A DNA stretch of 64,000 nucleotides from Mustelus asterias (GCF_964213995.1 NW_027590135.1:310001-374000), one strand, 5' to 3'. Shown: positions 36,523 through 50,188, numbered from the stretch's first letter. Made by a program: numbers and translations. Notes: a model not told the origin generated them from the letters alone.

Positions 36523-37655
36523 GGCCATTCAGCCCCAATACTTTCTCAAATGCTCCGCTATGCAGTTCAAAACCTGGAAGGCCGGGATTCAAGCCACGTT
36601 ACACAGGCGACTGGGAAAAGCACCATCGGATTAATCAGACCACTGGCCCAGACTGGAAAGACTAAAAGTTCAGCAGAGAGACGTCAACATGAATTTTCAT
36701 TTTTAATGTTTCTTCTTTACTCTCAACAATTTATTGTGTTTGTATAATTATCTTAAATGTTTCACATTAAAACAAATACTCAGAATATTTAGCATTGCCG
36801 GAGAAGTGTAACCGGGAAAGTGCCCTGTCCATTCAGTTTGGGGAACACTTCCTGACAGAGGAAGATTGGGACATGACAGCTTCTCCCTATCAGCTCCTTC
36901 CAATTCCCTCCACATGATCAGAACAGACACACAAACACAGTTGGATTAGTCTGACCCGCCCGCTCCTTTCATACACTCTCTCTTCCACAATATTCACACC
37001 CACACATTCACAGGACAATACTTTTACCAACTGTAAGGTCCCAGCACAGAATTTTTTACTCCTTTCACAATTCTGAACACTTCTATCAAATCTCCTCTCA
37101 ACCTTCTCTTCGTCAAAGAGAACAGACCCAAATTCTCAATCTACCGATGTAACTGAACTTCCTCATCCCTGGACCCATGCCCAGAGATTTATTGCACCCT
37201 CTCCAATGCCTTCACATCCTTTCCAACGACTGCTGTCCAGATCAGAGTCAAATACTCCAACTGAGGCCAAACCAGTGTTTTATACAGGTTTCCCATAACC
37301 TGCTTGCTCTTGTACTCTATGTCCCTACGTATAAAGCTCACAAAACCAAATACTTTATTAACCATGCTCTCAACCTGCCACTCAAACAGCAATTATTAGT
37401 GTCACATTTAACTGCAGGCCCCTTGTTCCTGCATGCTTTTACAATTGTATCATTACTTTTATATTGTCTCAACCTTTTCTTCCCAATGAAATAAATCATT
37501 TCACACTTCTCTGCTTTAAATTGGTCTTGTTTGCCCAATCCACAAGCTGTATAAGGAACTTTGAGCTTCAGCAGTACCCCCTCACTGTTCACAATGCTGC
37601 CATGTATTGTATAATTACCACAGTTTGAATGTGTGCTCTGTGCAGCATTGCCGAT

Positions 37656-37687
37656 GTCCAAAGCCTTAACCACTCAGTCATTGCAGC
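37656..37687 (-). pseudogene. tRNA-Ser 5' half fragment
   Basis: GCTGCAATGACTGAGTGGTTAAGGCTTTGGAC matches the 5' end of the 6241-6322 tRNA, then runs into CR1 debris. Confidence 0.55.
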
Positions 37688-37997
37688 TGCACATGTGTCA
37701 GAATGATGGAACCACCCCAATAACGTTCATATTAACTTCATCAGGTACCAGGATTGTGCAGAACATAGTGAGTGAGCTGTAATTTTATCTTTGTCTCTGA
37801 CGGAGAACTCATTTATTAGGTCAGGGATTTGGTTTTCTATTTCAATAATTTTTCATTTGAAACGAATTACGTCCGAAGAAAAAAAAGAAACTTTTATTAT
37901 TTTATTTCATTCCTGTCAAATGTTGCGTTCGCACTGTTTTTGTCCCCTCGGTTTAAAACACAAGAGACCGTGGACAAGGTTCTACATAAACTATCAA

Positions 37998-38069
37998 TGT
38001 GATAGCCGGGAATCGAACTCGGGTCAATTGTTTGGAAGGCAGCTGTGCTCACCACGATACCACCATCAC
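37998..38069 (-). tRNA. tRNA-Gly(TCC), degenerate anticodon stem
   Basis: GTGATGGTGGTATCGTGGTGAGCACAGCTGCCTTCCAAACAATTGACCCGAGTTCGATTCCCGGCTATCACA. Confidence 0.82.
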
Positions 38070-39670
38070 TCAATCTGCTCAATCAGCCCTTCTTTTCAAT
38101 AGTTATAATTAGGAACTACCTTCGCTGCTGATTTCATCAGACATTTGGTGTATCCATGGCACAGTTTGTAAACTGAACCTGTCTTGTCTCGTTTTTCTGG
38201 ACAGTTTCAGCCACCTTTTTACTATTGTTTCTGACTGAGAACTCATTGATTAGTTTTGAGGCCTGTTCTTTCATTTTAACAAAGTTTCCACAAAGTAAAT
38301 TGAAGCTGGATTTTCCATTAGAAACACAGTGATGGTGAGAATCTTTAGTGAATTTTATTTTAGGAATGCCCACCTGCTGTTGTGACCTGCGATAGTTAAT
38401 TAAATAAGTCACCACTGTGATGGTCAGGAACTGACTCTTGGTCAAATGCTCGCAGTCACCACTCCACCACCATCGCTCACCTGGCTCTTCCACCCCTTCT
38501 GTAACAAAGCTCAGCTTTGACAGTGAATCTGGTTTCCTCAGGCCCAATCGGAGGATGGTCGGAAACTGTCCATCACTATCAGAAACTTCACTTTCAGCGA
38601 GTGGGGGATGATTATTTAACTGGCTGTCACTGGTTGTTGAGGTTGTGGTTTATTGTTACCTGTCAGTGCAGAAGAAACAAATAAAACAGGAAATGTAGAG
38701 ACTCCGAGAGCAGATAATTTGTATTTTCCTGGTAAACAAACACAGTGATCTCAGCAATCACTGTAATAACTGGGGGAAAAAAACAGATATGATTGGTTCT
38801 GGCCACGGAATCTGGTTAACAGATGTGGTCCCACACCACATGGACTGCAGCGGTTCCAGAAGGCAGCTCATCACCACCTTCCCAAGGTCAATTAGGGATG
38901 GGCAATCAATGCTGACCCAGACAGCGACACTCACATTCCATGAATGAGTTGAAAGACAATCTGTGGGGAGCGGGCCTCAGAGTGTTTAACAGTTACTGAG
39001 GTGAAAAACTAACTCACCCCCTGGAATCCGGAGCAAAGGCCGGAAGGAGGAGAAATTCCGTCCTGGGACCTTACATTTGGTGAAAGTTTTGTCCTGTGAA
39101 TGTGTAGGTGTGAATATTGTGGAAGAGAGAGTGTATGAAAGGAGCGGGCGGTTCAGACTAATCCAACTGTGTTTGTGTGTCTGTTCTGATCATGAGATCT
39201 CCGAGTCTCTCTTGTGTAAAATAAAACGATTTTCAATCAAAGATTCCCCCCAATCCCCCTGCTGAGCCCCAAAGTGAGATTTCAAGGCAATTGTTTCGCG
39301 AAATTGAAGATTTTAATGGAAAAGTAGAGAACATGTCAGCTATCGCGTGTGAGAGCGCGATCAGTGCAGCAGGAAAACGGGTTTCAGTGGAAAATGGAGT
39401 CCTCAGTTCGAGTGAAACCTTTTCAACAGCAAACATTCGTGTGTCAGAGACATGAAGGATGTGAGCTGGATCTCTGGAGAGGCGGAATTTCATTGCAATG
39501 GGAGAGTTTGTGAGGAGAGAGAAACACAGAGAGGTTGGAGGAGCCGGGAGCTGACAGCAGCTTGTCTCTGCTCCGTCCGCTCTCTGCCTTTAAGTTGCTC
39601 TGTGCCGCCACCACTGGGTTCATTTCGGATCCAGTTCTGACTCACACAGATTTTCCACACACTCTCGGAT

Positions 39671-40336
39671 ATGACTGAAACTGCAGCCGCCGAAACGGCT
39701 CCTCCAGCCGCTCCCGCTCAAGTGAAGTCTCCCAGGAAGAAGAAGGCGGCTCCCCGACCTGCGGCAGCCGGTCCCAAGTTAGGCGAGCAGATCCTCAATG
39801 TTGTGGCGGGTTGCAGCGATCGCAAGGGGATGTCCCTGGCCGCGATAAAGAAAGCTTTGGCTGGCAGCGGAGTGGATGTGGGGAAGCGCGTCTCCCAGAT
39901 CAGGTTAACTATCAAGAGGAAGGTGGAGACAGGGTCTCTGGTGCAGACAAAGGGACAGGGCGCCTCCGGCTCCTTCAAACTCGCTAAGAAGGAAAGCCCG
40001 GGGAAAATGGGAAAGAAGGCGAAGACACCAACAGCCAAGAAATCTTTAGTAAAGAAAACAGCGGCCAAGAAGGTGACAACAAAGAAAGCAGCAGCCAAGA
40101 AACCCGCAGCCAAGAAACCCGCAGCAAAGAAAACTCCAGTGAAGAAATCAACAGTGAAGAAAACAAGCAGCAAGAAGGCGGCAACTCCAAAAAAGGCGGT
40201 GAAGAAAGCAGCCCTGAAGAAAAAGTCTCCTGTGAAGAAGGTGACGGGCGGAAAGTCTGTCAAAAAAGTGACTAAATCGAAGGCCAAACCCAAAGTGAAA
40301 GCAGCAAAAGCGAAGAAAGCGTCAGGAAAGAAGTGA
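39671..40336 (+). CDS. H1: Histone H1 (replication-dependent)
   Basis: 221 aa; globular domain GMSLAAIKKAL...LVQTKGQGASGSFKL; K/A/P-rich tail; H1 box AAACACA at 39522; stem-loop downstream. Confidence 0.97.
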   Translation: MTETAAAETAPPAAPAQVKSPRKKKAAPRPAAAGPKLGEQILNVVAGCSDRKGMSLAAIKKALAGSGVDVGKRVSQIRLTIKRKVETGSLVQTKGQGASGSFKLAKKESPGKMGKKAKTPTAKKSLVKKTAAKKVTTKKAAAKKPAAKKPAAKKTPVKKSTVKKTSSKKAATPKKAVKKAALKKKSPVKKVTGGKSVKKVTKSKAKPKVKAAKAKKASGKK

Positions 40337-40372
40337 AACAACCCGAGCAAATTGTAAACCTCTGAACCCAAA

Positions 40373-40413
40373 GGCTCTTCTCAGAGCCACCCACATCTCT
40401 CAGGAAAGAGCTG
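40373..40413 (+). promoter_or_regulatory. Histone 3' stem-loop plus downstream element (U7 site)
   Basis: GGCTCTTCTCAGAGCC-ACCCA, then AAAGAGCTG. Confidence 0.95.
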
Positions 40414-41210
40414 ATCCCGCAAGAAAATGATTCCTGTCCCGCGGCCCGGCTCATTCTCAATAGAGATAATTTCAAATTCAGACTAAAGCAAAACACAGCA
40501 GAGGCTGAATTTCATTTGAATTTCACATTTGTTCAATCGCCACTTTCTCTCATAATAAAGATGTCTGGTAGATTCAGTATGAGACAGTAACACTGGCGGC
40601 TAAATACCGCTTTCCAACTTCAATTTTAACACAGGAGATTTCCCCAAACAGCTGCAATAAGGTATTTGTAAACAGCTGGAAGCGGATGTGGGTGAGAATG
40701 TTCCTGAGGGAGATTCTTCCTCGATTCTTGCTGTGTTTAAGTCGGAATATTACTGACTGGGAATCATAACGGGGCCAGGTTTTAAACACAAAAGCAAAAA
40801 GTCACGAACCGACTCGTTAACTCTCCCTCTTCACAAAAGCTGCCGGAGCTGCTGATTATTTGCAGCATTTTCTGTTTTGATTCCATATTTCAAAGCTCCA
40901 GGTTTGTGGAAACTTGTGTGTGAAGGGCGGCTCTGGAAGGGTTTGTGTGGGGAGCTGTGTTTCGCTTCCATTGTTAATAAACGGGTTGAAATTGGCGGTT
41001 GCAGAAACTGGAGGTGGAGCTGAAAGATCAGGGGCCGTTCTGTGTGTGTGTGTCAGTCCGGCTCTCTCCTCCCTCCCGCTCTGTGTTTAATCTTCACTCT
41101 GTCTCCTCCCCTCTCTGCTCTCACTCCGCCTTTCTCAGTCAGGTCGGGGCGGGCTGTATAAAAGGAGCCTGAAAGATTTCCTCTCTCATATTGTGCAGAG
41201 ATCTGAGTGA

Positions 41211-41531
<321 letters not shown>

Positions 41532-41562
41532 ACAACTCGATCCTTTCTCCCGAACACACAAA

Positions 41563-41578
41563 GGCTCTTTTAAGAGCC
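41563..41578 (+). promoter_or_regulatory. Histone 3' stem-loop
   Basis: GGCTCTTTTAAGAGCC followed by purine-rich AGAGAGAGC. Confidence 0.95.
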
Positions 41579-42812
41579 ACTCACCGCTTCACAGAGAGAG
41601 CAGTGACCTGGGAACGGCAGCTGGGACAGCCTGTTCAGTGTTTGAGATGCATGTTTGTTTTGTTTAGGTTACAGTGCGGGAATCACCGAATTTAACATTT
41701 CATTTGGAGCGGCGATGGGAATTGTTTTTGAAATTTTTAAGTGGATTGTCTGAGCAGCCCCCAGTTGACATGTGCCCTCAGTGAAACGCCACATCACTCC
41801 TGTTTAATCACTCAGTGTTTGGATAGAGTTTATAAAAGCTTTCTCTGGAATAGCGGAGTTTAGTAGCAGCAGCCGGTGAATCGTTCACTGGAACCAGTCC
41901 CAGTTGTGATGCTATTTGCCCCCAGACGGTTGTTTCCTGCACTGAAACTGACGCTTTGTGAAACTGATCAGTTTCCGCTCAGTCATTCACAAACCCGCAA
42001 TTCCCGCAGTTTGAGCCGCTCCAACCCCAGCCTGCTTCTGATTGGCCATCCTCTCCGCATTCGCAGCTCTGAACCAATCGCAGAGCATCGAATGTGAAGA
42101 TTGAGCCAATCATTGGCTTCATCTGTCAACCGGCAGAAATTTTGAATTGGGGAAAATGCCGCCAATTTCAGCGCGGGAAAGGGAATTGAGACAAATTCTT
42201 AACCTATTAAAAATAGATTCTCAATTAATATTCTGCTGTAAGATTATTTTACAAAGAGGTTTCATTTGTGAACATTTGTCCGCCACGGGCGGCAAACGAC
42301 TCCATTCAGTAATGTCAAACGGGACAAATATGAAGTCACTCTCTGTAACAAACAACAGACTCAACCCCTTTCACACCGGCTTCAGGGAGACACAGAGAAG
42401 CGACTGATTTCTGATCCTTGCCCCCGAAAACGGCAGCGAATGTTACAAACGACAGGAGAGGGGAAATCTGAATGGGCTGGAGAGGAAAGGGACAGGGATC
42501 GAGTGGAACAGCGGGAGATTCTGGGAATGAACAGCCCAGAGAGCGGGGAAATGGTCTAAAGCACGAAGTGCAGGGAGATAGACTTCAAATCTTCAATATT
42601 TCGAGTAATGTTTATTTTAATAAGGACGGGATAAAGTCTTTTATACAGACGGCTATTTCCTGCATCGAAAACGGCCCAATTTCTGAAAGGCGCGGTTAAC
42701 AAAACTACTGAACCAATCAGAACCTGAGTTACAGACATTAATTCGCTGGTCACAGTTTGATTGAAACTTCCTGGGCCAATTCCCGCTGGGGGCGGTCCCT
42801 CACAGAGTTTAA

Positions 42813-43292
<480 letters not shown>

Positions 43293-43321
43293 ACCCCGGC
43301 CTCAGCACCAAGTACAACAAC

Positions 43322-43362
43322 GGCTCTTTTAAGAGCCACCAAATCGACAAATGAAAGAGCTG
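43322..43362 (+). promoter_or_regulatory. Histone 3' stem-loop plus downstream element
   Basis: GGCTCTTTTAAGAGCC, then GAAAGAGCTG. Confidence 0.95.
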
Positions 43363-44010
43363 CGATCTCCTGTTAACGATTCTCGTGTTTCAATTCCCAG
43401 GACAGAATATTCCCAGGACTCCAATACTGAAACCTCTTAATGTTATAATGAACTCTCCGTTGCATTGAGGTCACTCATATCTCCAAACCTTTGATGATTA
43501 GAGTAAAAACGATGCCGTTAACAATTCTCCTGCAGTTTAATTTTAGTGGTTTTATTAAACCTGCGATAATTTCAGTTTCCGAGGAATAATTCCCCAAATC
43601 CACTTTGTCCTCATGTTTCGAGTCGCAGCGTGAGTGACGCAATTTTCAACAGTCAGGAAGCATCTCAAACAGTAACCCACTCACACCGATATAACCATTG
43701 CAGAAACGCTTGCACATTCGCATAGACAATAATTAACACTTTTCCAGATACAATGACTGGCTCTGAAAACCGATGGGCTGCAGATGAATATCCTCGCAGA
43801 CTATCACATTTTAAAGCAATTATATTGGAAATAGGATCATTTCAGTTCACTGGGATGGTTTCCCCGATAAACAGCAGCAACTTGTATTAAAATACTGTAT
43901 GTGTCAATCGTACGGATTGATAGAACAAAGCGGGAAACAGCTGTGCTGTGAATAGCAGTGCAGAAACTGACCGATAGACACCAGCTCGCCCTTTTTCAGA
44001 TAAAGTGAGT

Positions 44011-44026
44011 GGCTCTGAAAAGAGCC
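44011..44026 (-). promoter_or_regulatory. Histone 3' stem-loop (H2A copy 1)
   Basis: Minus strand GGCTCTTTTCAGAGCC. Confidence 0.95.
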
Positions 44027-44056
44027 TTTGGGTTATCAGATTAAAGAATGGTCGCT

Positions 44057-44506
<450 letters not shown>

Positions 44507-45524
44507 TTATAAACTGACAGCTCCTCTGATTGGCCGCTGCTCTATTCACCTCATTTGCCTATATTCTTCACCAATCAGCTCACTGGAAACAGAAGAGGGC
44601 GGGATTTCCCCACAACAACCGGCAGAAGCAGAGAATTTGTCCATTTCCAAAAGCCCGCCAATTTCATTGTGGGAAAGGAGCGAATTCAAATCAATGTCGC
44701 CCTCAGTCAGAGATTTCAAATCCCTTCTATTGATTTGCTTTTATTCAGCTCTTCCCGTCACCAATCGGAGGCGCGGCTTTAACATTTTCTTTCAATGTGC
44801 TTCATTCTCCTATCGCTTTTTAACTGTCCCGGGCGGGAATCAATCCCTGTTCACAGCATTCCCAGAAGGAAAACACTCCGTTTAGTCTTCAATCAGAACC
44901 CAGTGTCCTTCACTGAAAATAGGGAGCCGGATCGAGTCCGCACACTGTCCTTATTCCGCTCTGTAATAATCCCACTCCGGACTGTTACATTGCGGAGAAT
45001 TACTGTGAATAAAATGATGAATCAATGAACATTTCAGGAATTGAGAGAAGGGACCGTTACCGCGAAAAATAGCCGCGAATGAGGTCATTTAGGGGCTGTG
45101 AAAATAACAGAATAATAACAGCTTTCAGCACAAAGCGAAGGCAGTGAGTGAATTCTGGGTTAATGTTTGGTTTACAGGACAGGAGACACAAACAGCAGTC
45201 GAAGTTATTCCATTTTGCATTCTAACCATCGAATAGGAAGGTGCCGGATACAGCTTTTCACAGAGACTGACGATTAGATTTCCTCACCCAAATGTTTATG
45301 GAATGATGATCAAATAGGATTCGGGAAAGATTTTTCCCTCCATCCCTTCCATTCTCTGGATTTACACCGGCTGAAAGAACAACGAGAAAAGTTCATAGTG
45401 ATGGGGCACAAACGGATTATCCTTGGGAACACATTTAGTTTGAAACGTCCTTGTGATGTAATAGAGCAGAGTGGTTATGTTTGTGGCGAGATGCAGGAAA
45501 CTGTAGACGAACAGAGGGCCGTGT

Positions 45525-45880
45525 TTTTAAAAAATTCATTTGTGGGACATGGGCATCGCTGACTGGCCAGCATTTAATGCACATCCTGAGTTGCCCTTGT
45601 TCAGAGGACAGTTGAGTCAACCACAGTGCTGTGGCTCTGGAGTCACATGAAGGCCATACCGGGTAAGGACGGCAGATTTCCTCCCTAAAGTGAACCAGAT
45701 AGGATTTTCTGACAATCGACAATAGCTTCACGGTCATCAGTAGATTCTTCATTCCAGATATTTTTAAATCAAATTTAAATTCCATCAACTGCTGTGGCAG
45801 GATTCGAACCCGGGTCCCCAGAACATTAGCTGAGTTTCTGAATTAATAGCATAGTGATAATACCACTCGGCCATCACCTC
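45525..45880 (-). mobile_element. Near full-length shark tRNA-derived SINE (non-HE1 family)
   Basis: A box tggccgagtgg, B box ggttcgaatcc, LINE-like tail aaatgctggcc...gaatttt. Confidence 0.8.
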
Positions 45881-46894
45881 ACCAGTGTACAAACATCATT
45901 AACTGGTAGGTAAAGTAATAAAGCTAATAGTCTATGAAGGATTGGAATTTGTGTTACAGTTGCAGAAAACTCTGTTCAGACCCCATTTAGATCACTGTGT
46001 TCATCCCAGGAAGGTTAGATTGGCCTTGGAGTGGGAGCAGCAGAATTTCACCAGTGATGCCAGACTCAAATGATGAGGACAGATTGCAAAGACTAGTCCT
46101 GTAATAACCTGAACATGGAAGATTAAGTGGTGATGTGAGTGATATGTTTACAATGAATGATTTGATAGGGTGCAGAGAGATAAACTGTTAGCTCTGAATG
46201 GGGGAACCTCACCGTAAAATGAGATGAGACATTTCAGGGATAATTTAGACCATAAGACATAAGAATATAAGATATAAGAATTAGGCCACTCGGCCGTTTG
46301 AGTCTGCTCTGCCAATGAAGCATAGCTGATATTTTTCTCATCCCCATTGTTCTGCCTTTTCCCCATAATCCCTGATCCCCTTATTTAATTTCAGGGAAAG
46401 CTTCTTGATAGAGGATGGTGGGAATGTTGAATTGTCCACAAACAATTGTTAAAGCTGAGTTTATCAGGAAATTAACAAGCTGAAGATGACAAGCAGCCAG
46501 TAACATGAAGGTGGATAGTCAGAGTTTCTGTAGGTATTTAAACAATAAAAGAGTTAAAGTGAGCATTGGTTCTATCGAAAGTGCATCTGGGGAATTGATA
46601 ATGGAAAATAGGATATTGACAAATGAATTGAACAGGTAGTTTTCATTTGTGTTCACTATAGAGGACACAAGTAACATCCCAAAAATAGCTGGAAATCAGC
46701 AAATGGAAGGGTGGGAGGAACTCAGGAAAATTGCAATCACCAGAGAAAGTGGTATTGAGCAAATTGTCGGATCTGGAGGCTGACAAATCCCTGCGTCCGA
46801 ATGGGCTTCACACTCAGGACATGAAATCAGTGGCTAATGAGATAGCTAATGCATTTGTTTTAATTTTGCAAAATTCCCTGGCTTCAGAGAATGT

Positions 46895-47125
46895 GATGTG
46901 GAGATGCCGGCATTGGACTGGGGGTGGGGGGAGGGGGGGGGGGGGGGGGAGAGGGGGCGGGTGGTAAGCACAATAAGAAGTCTCACAACACCAGGTTAAT
47001 GTCCAACAGGTTTATTTTACTACTAAGTAAACCTTGTGCTACCAAATAAACCTATTGGACTTTAACCTGGTGTTGTCAGACTTCTTCCTCTGTTTACCCC
47101 AGTCCAATGCCAGCATCTCCACATC
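46895..47125. mobile_element. Penelope pLTR fold-back insertion with a G-run expansion
   Basis: gatgtggagatgccggcattggactgggg ... ccccagtccaatgccagcatctccacatc inverted arms. Confidence 0.85.
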
Positions 47126-47374
47126 TTTTTCTGGGTGGCAGGATATGTCGAATGGTGTATCTGTACCAGGGCCACAACTTTTTACAATTTATAAAAATGA
47201 CTTTGATGAAGGGACTGAAGATATGGTTGTTAAATTTGCTGACAGCATAAAGATTGACAAGAAATTTATTGCAAAGTGTACGTAAGGAGGCTACAAAAGG
47301 AAACAGAAAAGTTACGTGAATTGGCAAAATGTGGCAAATGAGGCAAATTGCGAGGATAAAACAGTGGATGAAAA

Positions 47375-48830
47375 ATTGAGACTTTCAAAGTTGAGATGAA
47401 TAGGGTGCCAGCCAGGTACATAGCCACCAGAAATAAATACACGGCATCCAAAGCTAGAGTATCCTGGAGTCTAAGGATATTGATGAGAAAATAAGGAAGA
47501 AAAAAGAGACATATGATGCATGCTGGAATAATAATAGCAATAGAAATCAGGAAAAACAGTTCAAATGCAGGAGAGAGGCGAAGGCTTTAATAAGGAAGGC
47601 TAAGAGGGAGCATGAGGAAAGGATAGCAGGCTGCGCTAAAACAAATAGTAAAATGTTCTTCAAACATATACATGTGAAAAGGTTAGTGAAGGATAAAGTG
47701 GGGCTCATAAGGGACAAGCAGGGTAAACTGATCACTGAAGCAGAGGGTATGGCAGAGATACTAAATGAGTATCGTGCTTCTGTCTTTACAAAATTAGACA
47801 ATAGGACAATGGCCCTGTTGAAAATATGGGTGCTCAGTAACTGAACAGTATAGTGATAGATAAAGAAGAGGCACTAAAACTCTGGCAGCACTCTCAGTAG
47901 AGAAGTCACTAGGTCCAGACTGGATGCATCGTAGATTGCTGAGAGGTGAGGGAGCAAATTGCGCAGCCATTGACAGAAACTTCCTGGCCTCTTTGAACAC
48001 AGAATTAGTCCCATGGGATTGGAGGATTGCAAATGTAATGCTGTTTTTCAGGAAAGGGGCAAAGGATATCCCAGGAAACTACAGACCTCTCAGCTGGACA
48101 TCAATAGTGAGAAAACAGATGGAGGCCACAGTCTGAAATAAGATATATATATACTCTCAGAGAAATATAAGTTCATACTAGGCATACGGCATAATTTTCT
48201 CAAGGGCAGGTCATGTTTGGCAAGATGAGACACAGACATTGGATGAGGGTAGTGCCGTGGATGTTGTATATTTGGACTTTCAGAAAGCATTTGATATGGT
48301 GCCACATGGCAGGTTGGTGAGCGAATTAGAAATGTTTGTGATTGATGGGTCCTTGGCAGCATGGATTAGAAGTTGGCTGAAAGATAGGAAACAGAGGTTG
48401 GGTATAGATGTGCATTTCTCAGACTCGAGACGAGTTGAAAGTGGTGTTCCCCAGGGATCAGTGTTGGGACACTTGCTTTTTCTGATTTATATAAATCATT
48501 TAGAGATCGGGGTTAAGGGCAAAATTTGCATACAATACCAAGCTGGGGAGAATAGTGAATTGTGAGAATGATGCTGAGTGACTTTAGAGGGACATTGACA
48601 AGTTGCCCAAATGGGCAGACACCTGGCAGATGAATTGCAATGCAGCAAAATGTGAGGAAATGCATTTTGGTACAAGAAACATGAGGAGAAAATATGCCCA
48701 TTGTGGTACAACATTTAGGGGAAGTACAGGAGCAGAGAGAACTTGGGTTTCAAGTGTATAATGCTCTGTTGCGGGCAAGGCAAGTTGAAACAGTTATTAA
48801 TAAGGCTGATAGGATCCTTGGAGTCATAGA
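47375..48830 (+). mobile_element. Heavily degraded CR1 ORF2
   Basis: WRIANVMLFFRKG..PGNYRP; VVYLDFQKAFDMVPH; GVPQGSVLG. Confidence 0.85.
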
Positions 48831-48859
48831 GGTTTACAGCATGGAAACAGCCCTTTGGC

Positions 48860-49110
48860 CCATCTTTAAGATCTGGTAGGCTGTAGGGATTCACATTCTA
48901 ATCAGCATTCTAATCTAAGATCTTTAAGATCTGGTTGGCTGTAGGGATTTGCATTCTAATCAGTATTCTGTAACTTGATTTTGTGTCTCTGTGCCCTGTT
49001 TGAGAGCAGATTTCCACTCCATCTGACGAAGGAGCAGTGCTCTGAAAGCTAATGGTATTTGCGACCAAATAAACCTGTTGGACATTAACCTGGTGTTGTT
49101 AAAACTCCTA
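48860..49110 (+). mobile_element. Penelope pLTR fragment with hammerhead (49019-49055)
   Basis: ccat-CTGACGA-a-ggagc agt gctct-GAAA-gc-TA-atgg. Confidence 0.85.
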
Positions 49111-50105
49111 CAGAGGAAACCTATGCAGACATGGGGAGATTGTGTAGACTTCGCATAGAGAATGGCCTAAGCCAGGAATCGAACCTGGGTCCCTGGCGCA
49201 GTGAGGCAGCAGTGCTAACCACTGTGCCACTCCCACTCCACCAAGCTGGCTGTGTCTTATTGAAGTTTCCCACTTTCCTCCTCACAGTTGCCAAGGCCTC
49301 CAAGTTTCGTGACGTATGGAAATGTTGAGCTTGTGTCCTGTACACCGAGGCGTGTGTCATTAATGTATATCAGGAAGAGCAGGGCTCCTAACACCGAGCC
49401 CTGGGGAACTCCACTGGGAACCTTCGTCCAGTCTGAAAAACAACCATTAACCACTACTCTCTGTTTCCTCTCACTCACACTATTCCATATGGGGCGGTGA
49501 GGATGGCCTCTACACCCTAGCAATGACTGTAACACTGCATACTGCACTCTCTCCTATCCTTCTCTATGAATGGTATGCTTTGTCTGTATAGCACGCAAGA
49601 AACAATACTTTTCACGAATACTTTTCATGTGATGATAATAAATCAAATCATACCTCAATCTGAGAATGTATTTCAGATTTGGATTTGTATCAAATGTATT
49701 TGTGAATATTCGCTGTGGCCATTAGTACAGTCAATTCAAAACCCCTGATTTGCGTGATGTGACTGGTATTTAAGTCGAATCTCAGAGTTCATTATCAATG
49801 TTCATTGTGTAACTTTTAATTAGAATCCATGTGTCAGTTTTACCACATATTTAATTTGGAGCTAAGGCTGCTCTATTGTGGGATTGACACTGTGATGATC
49901 TGATGGCAGGAGTCAATTTGGACTTGGATTTATGGATCCCACTATCAATGGTACTGGGTTTGATTTGATTTATTATGGTCACATGCATTGGTTTACAGTG
50001 AAAAGTATTATTTCTTGCATGCTATACAGACAAAGCATACAGTTCATACAGTACATAGAGCGGAAGGAAAGGAGAGGGTGCAGAATGTAGTGTTAGAAGT
50101 CCATT

Positions 50106-50188
50106 TAATTGGAGTGTGGTTCAAATGCACATGGACATCGGTCCGTTGGATCTTAAGTCCAACCCCTTAACCACTCGGCCATCCTGGT
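50106..50188 (-). tRNA. tRNA-Leu(TAA)-derived pseudogene
   Basis: ACCAGGATGGCCGAGTGGTTAAGG..TTGGACTTAAGATCCAA..; T arm mutated and 3' acceptor strand lost. Confidence 0.8.

Noticed and set aside
39718-40371. 217-aa hydrophobic ORF
   Set aside because: Antisense shadow of the Lys/Ala-rich H1 CDS
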